Part shown: one piece after another, positions 1-11,814 of the stretch | How positions within the stretch are numbered: the first letter of the stretch is position 1 | How the letters are laid out: every line of letters begins with the position of its first letter | NCBI GenBank assembly: GCA_010093815.1 | Contig: ML996567.1 | From: Pseudovirgaria hyperparasitica | Lineage: Eukaryota | Reading direction: 5' to 3' (one strand) | DNA: 64,000 nt | Made by a program: the position numbers and the translations under genes | Notes under the pieces: model-generated | What the model saw: only the letters and a program-made list of their open reading frames with translations | Databases searched by the model: none | What the model was told of the DNA's origin: nothing

Positions 1-1135
1 AACAAACCCTGCAACGCAGCCAGCCCGGATGTCAGCGCATGAATGATCTTGAAACAAGCTACTATGGATATCAGGCATTCGAAGCGTAACTCACATGAAG
101 TTTTAGGATCAATGCGATGCTATCCACCATGAGAGGGTCAATTGACCAAGTTCTTTACTGAGAGTCATCAAGAAGACCAGGACAAAGGCTACAGAACTGA
201 GTTATGTGTCCTCCTATACGTAATATGACTGATTGAGAAGCACCAGACATCTTGTATAGTTCGTGACGAGACTTTTCTCATCCGGCCATCCTTAGCTGTT
301 GGCGATCAACCTCGCTGCTCCCAACGTACGCGAGGTGGTCCGGGTAGCGATAAGGCATCTGCATCAGCCGCGTGTGAAGACGACGCGGACATCAGGGGGG
401 TTCAGGAAATCGGGTTCGCTAAGTCTTCCGCAGAGAGTCCGGGCCGGTGTCAAGGAGGTCGAAATAGCATAGCATGATGGTACAAGTTTTGCTGATTAAG
501 TGAGTTCACGGAGGGCGGAGCGGGACACACCTGGGCAGATCACTAGTTCCAACGGCTGCTCCCGCGGCGTGGTTCCACTAGATGTTGCGGGCCACATGCA
601 CAGGGTCATGCAACAACAATGTCATGGGAATCAGGTTCTGTCATTGGAAGATGGATTGACAAGCCTTTGCAGCTTTGAAGCAACATCAATCTACAGCGGC
701 TACGTAAGTAATAAAGGTCGGTAATATGGATCCTACATGCTCTTAGAATGCTCGTTGATTGAATAATAGCAGCAAAAACTGCCAACATGCTAAAGATGCC
801 CCCTGTCTGCATTTCAGGAGTGAAAACGGTCACATACTGCTACCTACATGGCGTCAGGTATATATAATAACAATAATGATGATGATGCATATTTCAGCTT
901 TTGATGGGCATACCTATATGGTCAGCAGACACAAGCGTGCTCTGGCGAATAAGGCATCAGGAAAGACTTCCCTGCGCTAGCCCAATACATCTAGTCAAAA
1001 AATACGGTGCCTTTGACAAAACCTTCTCGGCGCTGCCCGCAATTCGCACTTTGGGACGATGATTTGTCGCGCAAATAGGTCGCGTTATTTGCCTATTGCA
1101 CTCCTTCACAGGAAACTGGACTACGGTTAATCAAG

Positions 1136-1968
1136 ATGGTTGAGAAGACTTACGTTACCTATAATCAGGTATGCTCTCTCTCACCTTGTTCGCCCCGCAA
1201 GCACACGAGCAAGAGCTTCGGGCTAGGCCCCCTCTGGTGAAGACAGAAATTTATTTTGCTGCCACAGGTTCACAAGCTCTGCCAGGAGTCTGCAGACAGA
1301 ATTCTCGATGACTTCAAACCCAATCTCATGGTCGCTATTGGCGGCGGAGGCTTTGTTCCCGCTCGTATCCTTCGGTAAATTTATGCGCCGTTCCCATCCT
1401 CGATGCGTATCCTGACACTTTCTCAGATCTTTCTTGAAGAAGCCTGGCAGCCCAAACATCCCTATCCAAGCTATCGGTCTCTCCCTGTACGAACAATTCG
1501 ACAACTCGGGCCCAGTCGAGACTCCTGGCACAAAGGTGACCCGCACACAATGGCTGGACAAAAGCCTGGAGACCGCTGGAGTGACAACTCTCATTGGCAA
1601 AAATGTTCTGATCGTCGACGAGGTTGACGATACCCGTACTACACTAGAATATGCAGTCAAAGAACTGCAGAAGGATGTAGAGAAAGAGTCGGAAGAGGCT
1701 GCAAAGCGCGGCGAAGACGTAAAGAAGACTACTTTCAGCGTCTTTGTGCTTCACAACAAGGACAAACCCAAAAAGGGCAAGCTACCGAGCGAGCTGCTCG
1801 ACGGAGGGAAGTATTATGCTGCGAAGACTACCGGTGACGTTTGGATATGCTACCCATGGGAGGCAACGTAAGTCAAGCTACGTTGCATCACCCGGCATAC
1901 TCCGCGCTAACAGCTTTAGGGATATTGATGAGCATGACCGCTTGTCTGCTGCAGAGACCAATGCATGA
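1136..1968 (+). CDS. XPT1: Xanthine/hypoxanthine-guanine phosphoribosyltransferase (fungal HPT1/XPT1 type), 4 exons: 1136-1168, 1268-1374, 1427-1867, 1920-1968 (209 aa)
   Basis: The spliced product reads MVEKTYVTYNQVHKLCQ...MVAIGGGGFVPARILRSFLK, then the PRPP-binding motif VLIVDEVDDTRTTL, then WICYPWE. All three introns are GT-AG. HPT1 and XPT1 cannot be distinguished from sequence alone. Confidence 0.9.
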
Positions 1969-2283
1969 AACAGGAGTCAAGTGCATACGCATACACTAGA
2001 GAATACATAGAAGTATAGCGAATTGGAGAGACCATATACGTTTAGATCAACCCTGACTGTCGGCCCTGCAGCTGTGCAGGCAAGTGTGCAGCAACAGCTC
2101 AATGCCAACTGCATTTTTCTCTCTTCAATGTGATCTTATAGCAAAGGTGAGTATAAAATATGATGAACAGAGAACAACACGTTTCACACTGGTCAAAGGG
2201 TCGTTCAAATATGACGAGCATGTATGCCCATATTGGAGTATATGGTTAGTTCCCAGGCAATACCGGTACATACCGGGCCTAAT

Positions 2284-3264
2284 TCAAAACTTCGAGCCCA
2301 GTTTTCTGATGGCTTCCTTTGTACTAACTAATTTTCCCTCTTCTTCACCGATTTCTAGGTCCAGGTCTTGCATTTCTAAGGCATTGACTCCTTTTTTAGT
2401 CCATGATTTCCTCCCAAACTCCTCCGCAAACTTCAGTAATTGACCCAGCTCTTTTCCTGTGCTAGGCCAGAGTTGTCCTACAGTTTCAACGTCACTCTTG
2501 ACGTAGACAGCATCTATTTCATGCCCCTTCTTATCGCCGAGGACTGCTGCCCATGCGCTCAACATCTCTCCATGAGGCATCCACTCCACTACGCCAAGAA
2601 CATAGCCCACAGGCAAGCAGATACTTGGTTTTTCTAATATTTTCTGGACGAACAATCCTGTATTCACGGTGTGGTCACCGACCATTGGTACGAGCGTGTC
2701 TCGAGCGACTGGTTGGACCCAGACATATCTTCCTGCACTTGGTAGAGGGGCTGGCATGAAAGGTGCATATGTCACGTTTTCCGCATACATCCCTCCCCAA
2801 TAGAACGTTGTCTTTCTAGCTAGCTCAGGATGGGAATCGATGATGTATTCGTCCACTTGAGCCTTGCCGTCCATGTGCGGTACAGCCATCGTCCCACGAG
2901 AGACTGTTGTAGCAGAGGGAAGGGTAGACCAGACGAAATGCTCGAGAGACTCCAAGGCTGCAGCGACATCAGCTATATTCTTTCCTTGTGTCACCTCGCG
3001 CTCCATTGCTCCATCGTACATCGTGGTGACTGCGAAAATGACGTGAGCTGAAGTAAAGGCCACGGCTATAGAATCTGGGTCATCGAGATTGACATGTACG
3101 ACATTCACACCCCGTTCCTTCAGACGATGTGCGGCCGGCGTCTCTGTGTCTTCTGTTGTGACGCCGCGTATGTTATATCGTCCAGTTTTAAGCAAAGCGT
3201 CTACGACAGAGCCGCCTTGGCCACGTGTGGCGCCTAAGACTGCTATAATCCGTTTGCGAGTCAT
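2284..3264 (-). CDS. NmrA-like NAD(P)-binding Rossmann-fold protein, intronless
   Basis: N-terminal IAVLGATRGQGGSV glycine motif, QGKNIADVA, HFVWSTLP and VPHMDGKAQV, all typical of NmrA/HSCARG-like proteins. First ATG is at 3264. Confidence 0.85.
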   Translation of the reverse strand: MTRKRIIAVLGATRGQGGSVVDALLKTGRYNIRGVTTEDTETPAAHRLKERGVNVVHVNLDDPDSIAVAFTSAHVIFAVTTMYDGAMEREVTQGKNIADVAAALESLEHFVWSTLPSATTVSRGTMAVPHMDGKAQVDEYIIDSHPELARKTTFYWGGMYAENVTYAPFMPAPLPSAGRYVWVQPVARDTLVPMVGDHTVNTGLFVQKILEKPSICLPVGYVLGVVEWMPHGEMLSAWAAVLGDKKGHEIDAVYVKSDVETVGQLWPSTGKELGQLLKFAEEFGRKSWTKKGVNALEMQDLDLEIGEEEGKLVSTKEAIRKLGSKF

Positions 3265-3963
3265 CGATACTGGGACAGGGCAGTCTCGGGCTATAGGCAA
3301 CGTGATTGTTCAATGTAAATGATCCTGCTTACAAGTGTTGCGGAAACTGGATTACTTCACCCACGTCCGAGTTCTTGTAGGGTCGAAAGTCTTGGCAACT
3401 GGCCGCAGTAGGTACCTCTTCGATCGAGGGGTAGCCTGGGCCAGGTGAACGAATTATACCTTGATCAAGGCTTTGATAGCACTTGTTATGCCTTTGTACG
3501 CTTGATGCTATGTATAATGTATGAGGGATCTGCTTAAAGTGTGCGTTGTAACGCGATTGTCTGCTCTTGGTTGCTATTTAAAGCGGCCTCACCTGCATGC
3601 AGTTGTGGATCTCGACAGCTTACGTAGAAAGCTGTTACTGTCTCGAGAAATGTCTCCCATAAACGTTCTGTGGTCTGCCAAGCCACCAGCAAGACAGGCA
3701 GAGTCGAGCACAATGTCTTTGTTTCCAATCATTATAAAGCTCGTATAAGAATAGATCGTGCCTTTGCCGCCACAGGTCTACTCATATTAACGCGTAGTGA
3801 TTACACGTGCTGTACCAACAACGGACAATACCTGTCAGCAACCTTCTGGGCACATGATCGAGTCCGTATATCTCAGCCCACAAGTCTCCCAGACAGTAAA
3901 AGCAACACTTAGCACACCCGTTCCAGAAACATCAGATTCGGTTCCCGTCTCTCATCTTCACTC

Positions 3964-5628
3964 ATGGGTTCCGCGCATTCTCTGCTCCGCATGCCAAGAT
4001 GTCGTGGAATAGATATCGAGGAAATGACGATCCTGCAACTGCAAAACCATCTCGACAAAGGGTCATTCACTTCCAGAGAATTGACAGAGTGCTATCTGAA
4101 GAGAATTGCAAAAGTCAATCCACTTGTCAAAGCTGTGATCGAGACGAACCCCGACGCTCTCAAGATTGCCAACGAATTAGATGTCGAGCGCAGGAACGGC
4201 CACGTACGTAGCGCGTTACATGGAATCCCTTTCCTCGTCAAAGACAACATTGCTACAAAAGACTCAATGCAGACTACGGCAGGTTGTGCGGCGCTTATCG
4301 ATACATATGTCCCAGATGATGCTCAGGTCGTTGCACTTCTGCGGGCTGCTGGTGGTGTACTCCTTGGGAAAGCGAACTTATCCGAGTGGGCGTCCATGCG
4401 AGCAAGCTACTATTCGGAAGCGTACTCTTCCCGAGGAGGGCAGAACCGGAATCCCTACAATCTTGAGGAACACCCTGGTGGTTCTAGTTCTGGAAGTGCA
4501 AGTGCAGTAGCTGCCAATATGTGTGCTTTCAGCATCGGTACTGAGACTGACGGTAGCGTCATGTTCCCTGCAGATCGTAACGCAGTAGTAGGCATCAAAC
4601 CAACTGTAGGCCTCACATCCACGGTCGGTGTCATCCCCGAGGCTCCAAGTCTAGACACGGTCGGTGTTTTTGGACGTTCTGTTCCAGATGTGGCTGCAGT
4701 CCTGGATGTCATCGCTGACACGAGCTCTCTCCCCGAGTCTCTACAGGCGAACACTGGCTCGTCATCCAACCCTCAGTGTACCAGAGGCTCATATACATCG
4801 CAACTTGCCAAGAAAGATGCCCTACGAGGTGCAAGATTCGGTCTACCGTCGAAACGGGTTTGGGACGCAGCGAGCAAAAACAAAAATTCTGTATTTGAAT
4901 ATACTACCCTCAGAGAAGTCACAGCTCGATTGGAAAAAGCAGGTGCGCAGATTGTGGATGTGGATTTTCCGAGTGCTGAAGAAATAATATCACCTGACGG
5001 CTGGGATTGGGAATTTGGAACAGGAGTCAGTGGCGCTGCCCTGTCTGAATTTTCAGTGGTCAAAGTTGAATTCTACCAAGGGTTACGAAAGTATCTTGCT
5101 ACACTCGAAGGAAACAAAGGCCAGATTCTTTCGCTGGAAGATGTGGTCGCATATAATATCAAGTATACGAACGAAGAAGGAGGGTTACCAGGCACACACC
5201 CAGCATGGCCGACTGGGCAGGACAATTTCGACAGATGCATCGAGACCAAGAGCCAGGACGAAGATGTCTACACCAAGGCGCTAGCTTATATTCAACAGAA
5301 GTCTCGGGAAGAAGGTATTGACGCAGCCTTGACAGGTCAGAAAGGTAGGTTAGATGCGCTGCTCGTGCCTCTGCAAGCAGAAGGAGGTGGAGCGTGTTCG
5401 GTCGCTGCAAAGGCAGGCTACCCAATGATTACGATTCCAGTCGGCATCAACAACTTTGGTGTTCCTTTTGGATTAGGACTCATGCAAACAGCATGGAATG
5501 ACACTGCACTGGTAAAATATGGATCGGCGATTGAGGACCTGATTCGAGGTCGATTACCCCCTCCCTTCAAGAACTTGAACGCGAACAATTATATGTACAT
5601 TGGGAGTCCACCACAAGGTCATATATAG
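3964..5628 (+). CDS. Amidase-signature family enzyme (true start uncertain)
   Basis: LHGIPFLVKDN (catalytic Lys), GGSSSGSA and IGTETDGS form the Ser-cisSer-Lys triad; also GKANLSEW and AGYPMITIPVG. Confidence 0.88.
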   Translation: MGSAHSLLRMPRCRGIDIEEMTILQLQNHLDKGSFTSRELTECYLKRIAKVNPLVKAVIETNPDALKIANELDVERRNGHVRSALHGIPFLVKDNIATKDSMQTTAGCAALIDTYVPDDAQVVALLRAAGGVLLGKANLSEWASMRASYYSEAYSSRGGQNRNPYNLEEHPGGSSSGSASAVAANMCAFSIGTETDGSVMFPADRNAVVGIKPTVGLTSTVGVIPEAPSLDTVGVFGRSVPDVAAVLDVIADTSSLPESLQANTGSSSNPQCTRGSYTSQLAKKDALRGARFGLPSKRVWDAASKNKNSVFEYTTLREVTARLEKAGAQIVDVDFPSAEEIISPDGWDWEFGTGVSGAALSEFSVVKVEFYQGLRKYLATLEGNKGQILSLEDVVAYNIKYTNEEGGLPGTHPAWPTGQDNFDRCIETKSQDEDVYTKALAYIQQKSREEGIDAALTGQKGRLDALLVPLQAEGGGACSVAAKAGYPMITIPVGINNFGVPFGLGLMQTAWNDTALVKYGSAIEDLIRGRLPPPFKNLNANNYMYIGSPPQGHI

Positions 5629-5654
5629 TAGCCAAATGACGCTGATTATTGGCA

Positions 5655-7784
5655 TCAACTAATTTTGAACTTCTGTTTCGTCAACTTCCATCGAGTACGC
5701 CACGTCATCCGTCTTCTAGGTGTGTCATCCATGAAGGCAGCCTGCTCTTCATCGATGACTGGATCTTTTACGGCGTTTAAAAATTTCATCAGAACAAAGA
5801 TTAAGATAACTGTAAACGCCGATACTGGCCCAGCTGTCTTCCAGAAATATGACGACGTATGAACAGTGTGGGCGATGTCCGTGAGGTTCATCCCAAAATA
5901 TGACGTGAAGAAGGACAGGGGAAGGAAGATAATAGTAACAGCCGTAAAGAAAAAGACAGATCTAGATTGCATCCTTGAGCTTCTAGCCTCGTCTATGGCT
6001 AGGGTGCGTTGTTGCGTTGCCAAATGACTTTGGGTCACGGTCAATTCTTGCTGTTCGAGAACACGGAATTGAAGAAGCACGTCGAGATATCGATCTACCT
6101 TGCCTTTCAACGATGTCCAATGCCCAATAATAGTGTCGAAGCTCTTATCGATCAGATCCATCTCATCCTGTATCAGTTTTTGAATTAAAGGAGGTGGAGC
6201 ATAGTCCTGATGAAAAGAGACCTTGTGATTCTCAAACGGAGGTATTCCCCAGATTGGAAGTTCGCGTCTATTCTCCTCGAGATACTCCAACCCTTCAAGT
6301 ACAGTCTGTTGTAGGCTGAACACGAGTTCCACATGTTTGCGACTAGCGCCTCGCCTACTTTTAAGCCTTGTAAAGACCTTGTTCAGAGCCCTCTCCGGCG
6401 TGTCTTGCATCATCTCATCATTCTCTATCGAAACGCGACACAAAGTGTAATACAAGAGAGCGGAGTCAGGATTCTTTCGAAGTAGATCCTGTTTTCGAAG
6501 CAGTCGATTAGCAATTACTTTGTAGAGATTAGGGGTACCGCAGCTCAGCAATGTGTGATCCCTATAGAACTCGAGTCTCTCGACAGTATCGTCCCAGCTG
6601 CCATAGAGATACACATTCTCCAACTTCGCGATCTTATGCAATTCTTGAAGACCTGGTTTCGCATCATACATCCGATCCCTAATCGCATCGACTGCGTTGA
6701 GATACGCGAGAACATACTCGAGGTCGTTGTCTTGGCTCTTTTGTAGACTCTTACGTAGAGCGAGACGGCGATTCAGAAAGTCAAGAAGTAGAGAGTAAGG
6801 CTCCGTAGCGAACCAGGCCGATGAATTGACGCGAAGGCCTAGATATTCTGGAGAGCCTGGGGTCTGGCGATAGTACCGTCCAATATGTTTGTGATCTGTT
6901 TAGAGAAGTATAAGCCAATATCTGACGAGACGGAGCTGTGCTCTAGCCTCTATCACTAACCATGTATGTCTTCTGTGTGCAACGGCGGACGGCCCGCCTT
7001 GTGGTCTAACTCTGCGAGTCGGTCTTGAAGAAGAACGATTGGTGATTTTTCAAACAAAGCAGGATCCGTTCCCCACTGAGCAAATCTATAATCTGAGCCC
7101 CAGAAAGTGCCTGTTTTGTAGTACTCCACATAAATCCATCTGATACGTGGTATTGCATCTCCGGGCTGTAATATACACTTCGAGGCTAAGACTTCCTCCA
7201 ACGTATACTCCATTCTTCGCACAACATCCCTTGAGTACTCTGTGATGATCACTTTGGCCTCCTCGATAGGTGGAAAGCATTCATTTACCAGAGCAAACAG
7301 TTCTTGACGCGTTGGTTCCTCGAGACCAGGAGCAGTGACTGTTGACCTTTGGCGCACGACTGTATCAAGGCTTGGGATTGTGCCAAAGCTGACTCTCGAG
7401 CCAGCAAGAGACATATTAGAGATGTTTCGTAACTTCGCCCGCCTGAATCTACATGGTGCAAGCATTAGCTACAGTATCTACTTTGCGTGGACATCCTTAC
7501 CTTTTTAATTTTGAGATAGCCACTTCGCTTTTCTCCCTCCGGGCCTGCATATGTTGATCATGAATAAACCTCAACCAACCAACAGCTCTATCGACTTGGT
7601 CCACTGCGCCTGGCGCAGAGTCTCGCCTTCGCTTGCATGTTAATCTAGGGGCAACACCGTTGTATATATTACCGACGCCGTTCCCAAGATGTTCCGCAGA
7701 ACCACGGCGTTTTAGGAGAGGACCTGACTTATCGAATGGTGGAGGGAGCTCCGCCCTCCAATCAGTGACCTTTTCTGGTCTCAT
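5655..7784 (-). CDS. CorA-like membrane protein with C-terminal two-helix GMN module, 3 exons: 7784-7501, 7448-6961, 6895-5655 (about 670 aa)
   Basis: C-terminal FTAVTIIFLPLSFFTSYFGMN is followed by a second hydrophobic helix (YFWKTAGPVSAFTVILIFVLM). Introns 7449-7500 (GTAAGG..GCTAAT..TAG) and 6896-6960 (GTTAGT..CAG) join three listed ORFs in frame. Confidence 0.8.
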
Positions 7785-8584
7785 GGACGTAATTGAATAG
7801 TGAATTCTGAGGGCTCGTATAATATGTATAGGATGAGATACTTATCAAGTGATGCATGTTGATGGTGCCGAAACATCTGCAACATATAATGCTACTTGGG
7901 CATCATGATTATTGATGCCCAGGATTGATGCCTACAGTTAGCCTTGTCTGTTATTGTTCCACGGTTGTGATCTCAGTGCAGTTATAAGTTGCCAGCCTTG
8001 CTGCCCAGATAATGAGGCTGGGTGGCGCCATAAGAATCGGATCATCTTACTGGACCTCAAAATCTACATGTGTTGTGACAAATCCATTGCAACGGATATC
8101 GACAAGAGAGCCGTATGCTGCAAATGATGCTTCAGTCACAAATACATCGCGATGTACATGATAACAAACGCGTGGTTGATGGGAGCCACACCGTGTACCT
8201 CGAAACACACCGCACCACACGAGACGGGAGTTGTCGGCCTTTGGACCCGGAACACAATATTAACGAACACGATGGAAGACTGATGTACGACTTCCCGAAA
8301 GTCCTACCTCTAGTAATGCTACTACGTGTTCCTATATGTGAGGCCACAACCGAACCGACCCATACAACTCATGCTATTGGACAGCTTACTCTCAGGCCGC
8401 ACAGCCTCACAGCTGCAGGTGTCAGATGCCCGCACGTCCATTGCAGCCTAGACCGCCGCTGAAAGTCGTTAGCGCTTCTTCAGCTTATCGTGGGCATCTC
8501 CAGAAAATTCTTGGGTTGGCTTAAATATTTGCTATAAAGGTCATATTGTGGGCATATCGATAGAACAACTGTTGGAATTGACAG

Positions 8585-11338
8585 ATGGTTGAGTCTAACC
8601 CAGGAATGGCAGAGGAAGTCAAGGAGGATCCCAAAACCAATGGAGAGTTAAATACAGTGGATATGAAGGAAGTTAATGGCTCTGGTAAGCCCCCAGATGT
8701 GAAAGAAGAAGTAGTCGTCGCAGAACCCGAGAAGGTTGTTAGTGGCCCGATTCTAGAGGCTCCAGAAGTTCCACTATTGGCCTTCCCGAATGATGTAGAT
8801 CAGACAAGTGAAGCGAAATACAAGAACGGACACCCAAGTCGTACGCAGAGTCCAAACAGAAGCCGCAATCGGAACCGAGGAAGAAGCGCCGACTCTCGCG
8901 GTAGGGACAGGAATTCAAATGAAGAGCGACCTGTTCCGAAGGTGGTTCACAAGATCGAGTATCGTCATGTCTCTTCCAACGCCGTTGTTTTCGAAGAAGA
9001 ATCTGATCGCTTTGCTCCGTCAAAGCCGCCACCGGAGGAGCCAGTGCTCGAGGTCATCACGATAGCCTTTACGGCTCAGGACAGGTCTCCGTATTCATAC
9101 AGGCACGATGTCATCAAACCACCACCGATTCATTCGATGGGCCATACATACGTCCAGGTGAACTCCGCTGCTGTTATCAATGCGTTGCGTAACGTAGTGG
9201 AGTACTATCCAGGACAGAATCTAATAGGAGACTCTATCACAATCTCCGAGCCGTACACTATTCTAGTCCATCACGAACAAGAGCTTGCTCAGTATCGAGA
9301 GATGTTCGCTCCTGGCTCACGAGGTGTTGATGATGAGCCATGTGAAGTGGAGGAAGATACCTACGAACACCTCGGCATCGTGCTGGACTTCTTGTCAAAG
9401 ACTATGAAAGACAGCATGGAAAAGGAGAGGGCTCGTCACGCTCGGGACAAGCCCCTGGCCACATATGAGATGCTGTGGACTCTTTACAAACCCGGAACAA
9501 ATGTCTACTTTGATTCACAAAGCGCCGGTATCTTCGACAGTTTCGTTGTAAAGAATGTCAGTTGGGAGATTAACAATGGAGCCCCCGTTCGATACAACAT
9601 CGGCCTTTGGAACCTGTACTATGACTCCATTCATATAGGGCCAAGAAATCATCATGCAGTTGTGTTGCCATTTGATGGCGAAAAGGAGATTGGCTCACTG
9701 GACATATTCCCGTGTGAGTATCTCAGAGAAGATCTACATAAGGAGACAGCCGAGGCAATGCAAAAGCGATTAGAAGAGAGAGGTAAAGTATTCTTCAAGT
9801 TGACTTCGAAGCAATGTATGTGGTACGATGGCTTGACCACAACATTTCCCCGCCAGAAGGTACACAAGCCATATCTCTTGAGCACAAACGCGGACTGACG
9901 TATACACAGTTCACCGGTACTGTCATGGTTGATGCCGAATCGTTTTGGGCATCCCTACAAGAGAAGTCCGGTAGCAAATCTGGCTCTCCGTCTCCCCCAC
10001 CACTTATAAGTGATGATGTGGGAGAGCGAACAATAGGAGGCATTCCGACGTGCTTCTGCAAAAGATGCGTCAAGCTCAATAGCTCGAAAAAGAAGTCCAA
10101 ATTCGCAGATTATGCACGCATCAATCCCATGACACAGAAGGAACTCACACCACACCAGTATTGGCTCTGCGATCGATCTGTCTGGGGCTTTATCATGAAA
10201 GTCCGCGCATGGCGTAAGTAGCACACACCTTCTCACCTCTATCTGCTGACATTTAATCAGACCGTCTCGATGCTGCCAACTTCTCTGCCGCAAAGTTCGA
10301 TACCACACTCATGAACGACCTCGTTCTCGCATCTGACACCAAGAATCTGATCAAACTACTCTCGAAAAAGTACGCTCGTGAAACACCCGCTCCAGCTGCC
10401 GACGCTCCTGAAGCGGACCACTGGGCCGCAGATTTTGTGCAGGGCAAAGGAGAAGGGATGATTTTCTTGCTCCACGGCAAGCCTGGTGTAGGAAAGACGT
10501 ACACAGCTGAATGCGTGGCTGAGTACACACGCCGCCCGCTGCTGAGCCTGACTTGCACCGACATTGGGACGAATCCTCTTGTCATTGAGAGTAAGCTGGC
10601 GTACTGGTTCAAGCTGGCTAAGCACTGGGGCACGATTTTGTTGATTGACGAGGCAGACATTTACATGGAGCATAGAAAGACGCGGGATTTGGAGAGGAAC
10701 AATCTTGTCGCGGGTTTCTTGAGAGCGATGGAGTACTATCAAGGAATCCTTTTCCTGACTACAAATCGAGTGGTGAGTTATTTGAAGCAGACAATGGTGG
10801 CTCTGGGCGAGTGGCTGATGTTCTGCTTAGGGTACTTTCGACGATGCATTCATCAGCCGCATTCATGTGAGCATCCATTATCCAGAGTTTAGCGAAGCAG
10901 ACCGCAAGGAGGTGTGGATTAGCTTTTTCCGCAAGCTGGAAGCCGAGAAAGGGGATAAGATGGTTGTATGCGACGACGTAAAGACATATGTCACCGACGA
11001 CAAGGACATGCGAGTTGTGAAGTGGAATGGGCGAGAAATTCGGAACGGTGAGCACAACTTATGAGTTGACATATTGATATTAACACTCCACAGCATTCCA
11101 AACCGCAGTTGCACTCGCTGAAGTGGAAGACGAGAAGGTTTCAGCCGACGACGACCGGGTGGTGCTCAAGATGAGCCACATCGAGTCCATTGTTAAGATG
11201 TCGGCTAATTTCAAAACGTATCTGAACACGCTGCATCAAGGAGACGAAACGAAGCGGGCGGCGAGAGAAGGGTTGCGTGTTGATGATTTCGAAGAAGCTG
11301 TTGAGAGGGAGAAGAAGGGGTTCGCGCATTACATGTGA
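8585..11338 (+). CDS. Fungal single-module AAA+ ATPase with long N-terminal region, 5 exons: 8585-9859, 9910-10213, 10261-10772, 10831-11047, 11094-11338 (about 850 aa)
   Basis: Walker A GKPGVGKT, Walker B ILLIDEAD, sensor FLTTNR, then after splicing GTFDDAFISRIH (Arg finger) and WNGREIRNAFQTA. Four GT-AG introns carry branch sites. Confidence 0.9.
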
Positions 11339-11814
11339 GGCAAGACTATGATGATACAAAGGGCTACAACAGTAGAAATGAGCGAGATGAAGTATACGCA
11401 CGGGTCGATTTTCTGTATAACGTTGGGAAGTACATATAGTAGCACAATTAAGTGTTTTGAATGCTGATTTGCCGGCGTGAGAGCATCGATCCACTTCCGC
11501 ACACTTTCGATTGGACACGGAAATCTTTGAGCCTGTTCATGAGAATCGTGATGTATGTGTAGATCAAACGATGGTCCTTCAACTTTACGTAAAGTGAGTT
11601 GGCGTTGTGTAAACAGTATTCCTGGTTATCGGCGGCTCAACAAGAGGACTCCAGGAAAACCCTGAGATGCGGCGTGCACGGGCGTTAATGTAGCGGTGTC
11701 GGAGAAGTCTGGGGCGTGGATCCTGGAGCTTAAGCTTGCTATCGGGGAAAAACGGTAGATAACGCCTTTTTGACTCTCCCAAAACGCCGGCTCTTCTACT
11801 CCACATACATGTCC

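Noticed and set aside
420..445. GCAGAGAGTCCGGGC resembles the RNase P/MRP CR-I region
   Set aside because: No properly complementary CR-V/P4 partner was found at a plausible distance, and the match is short.
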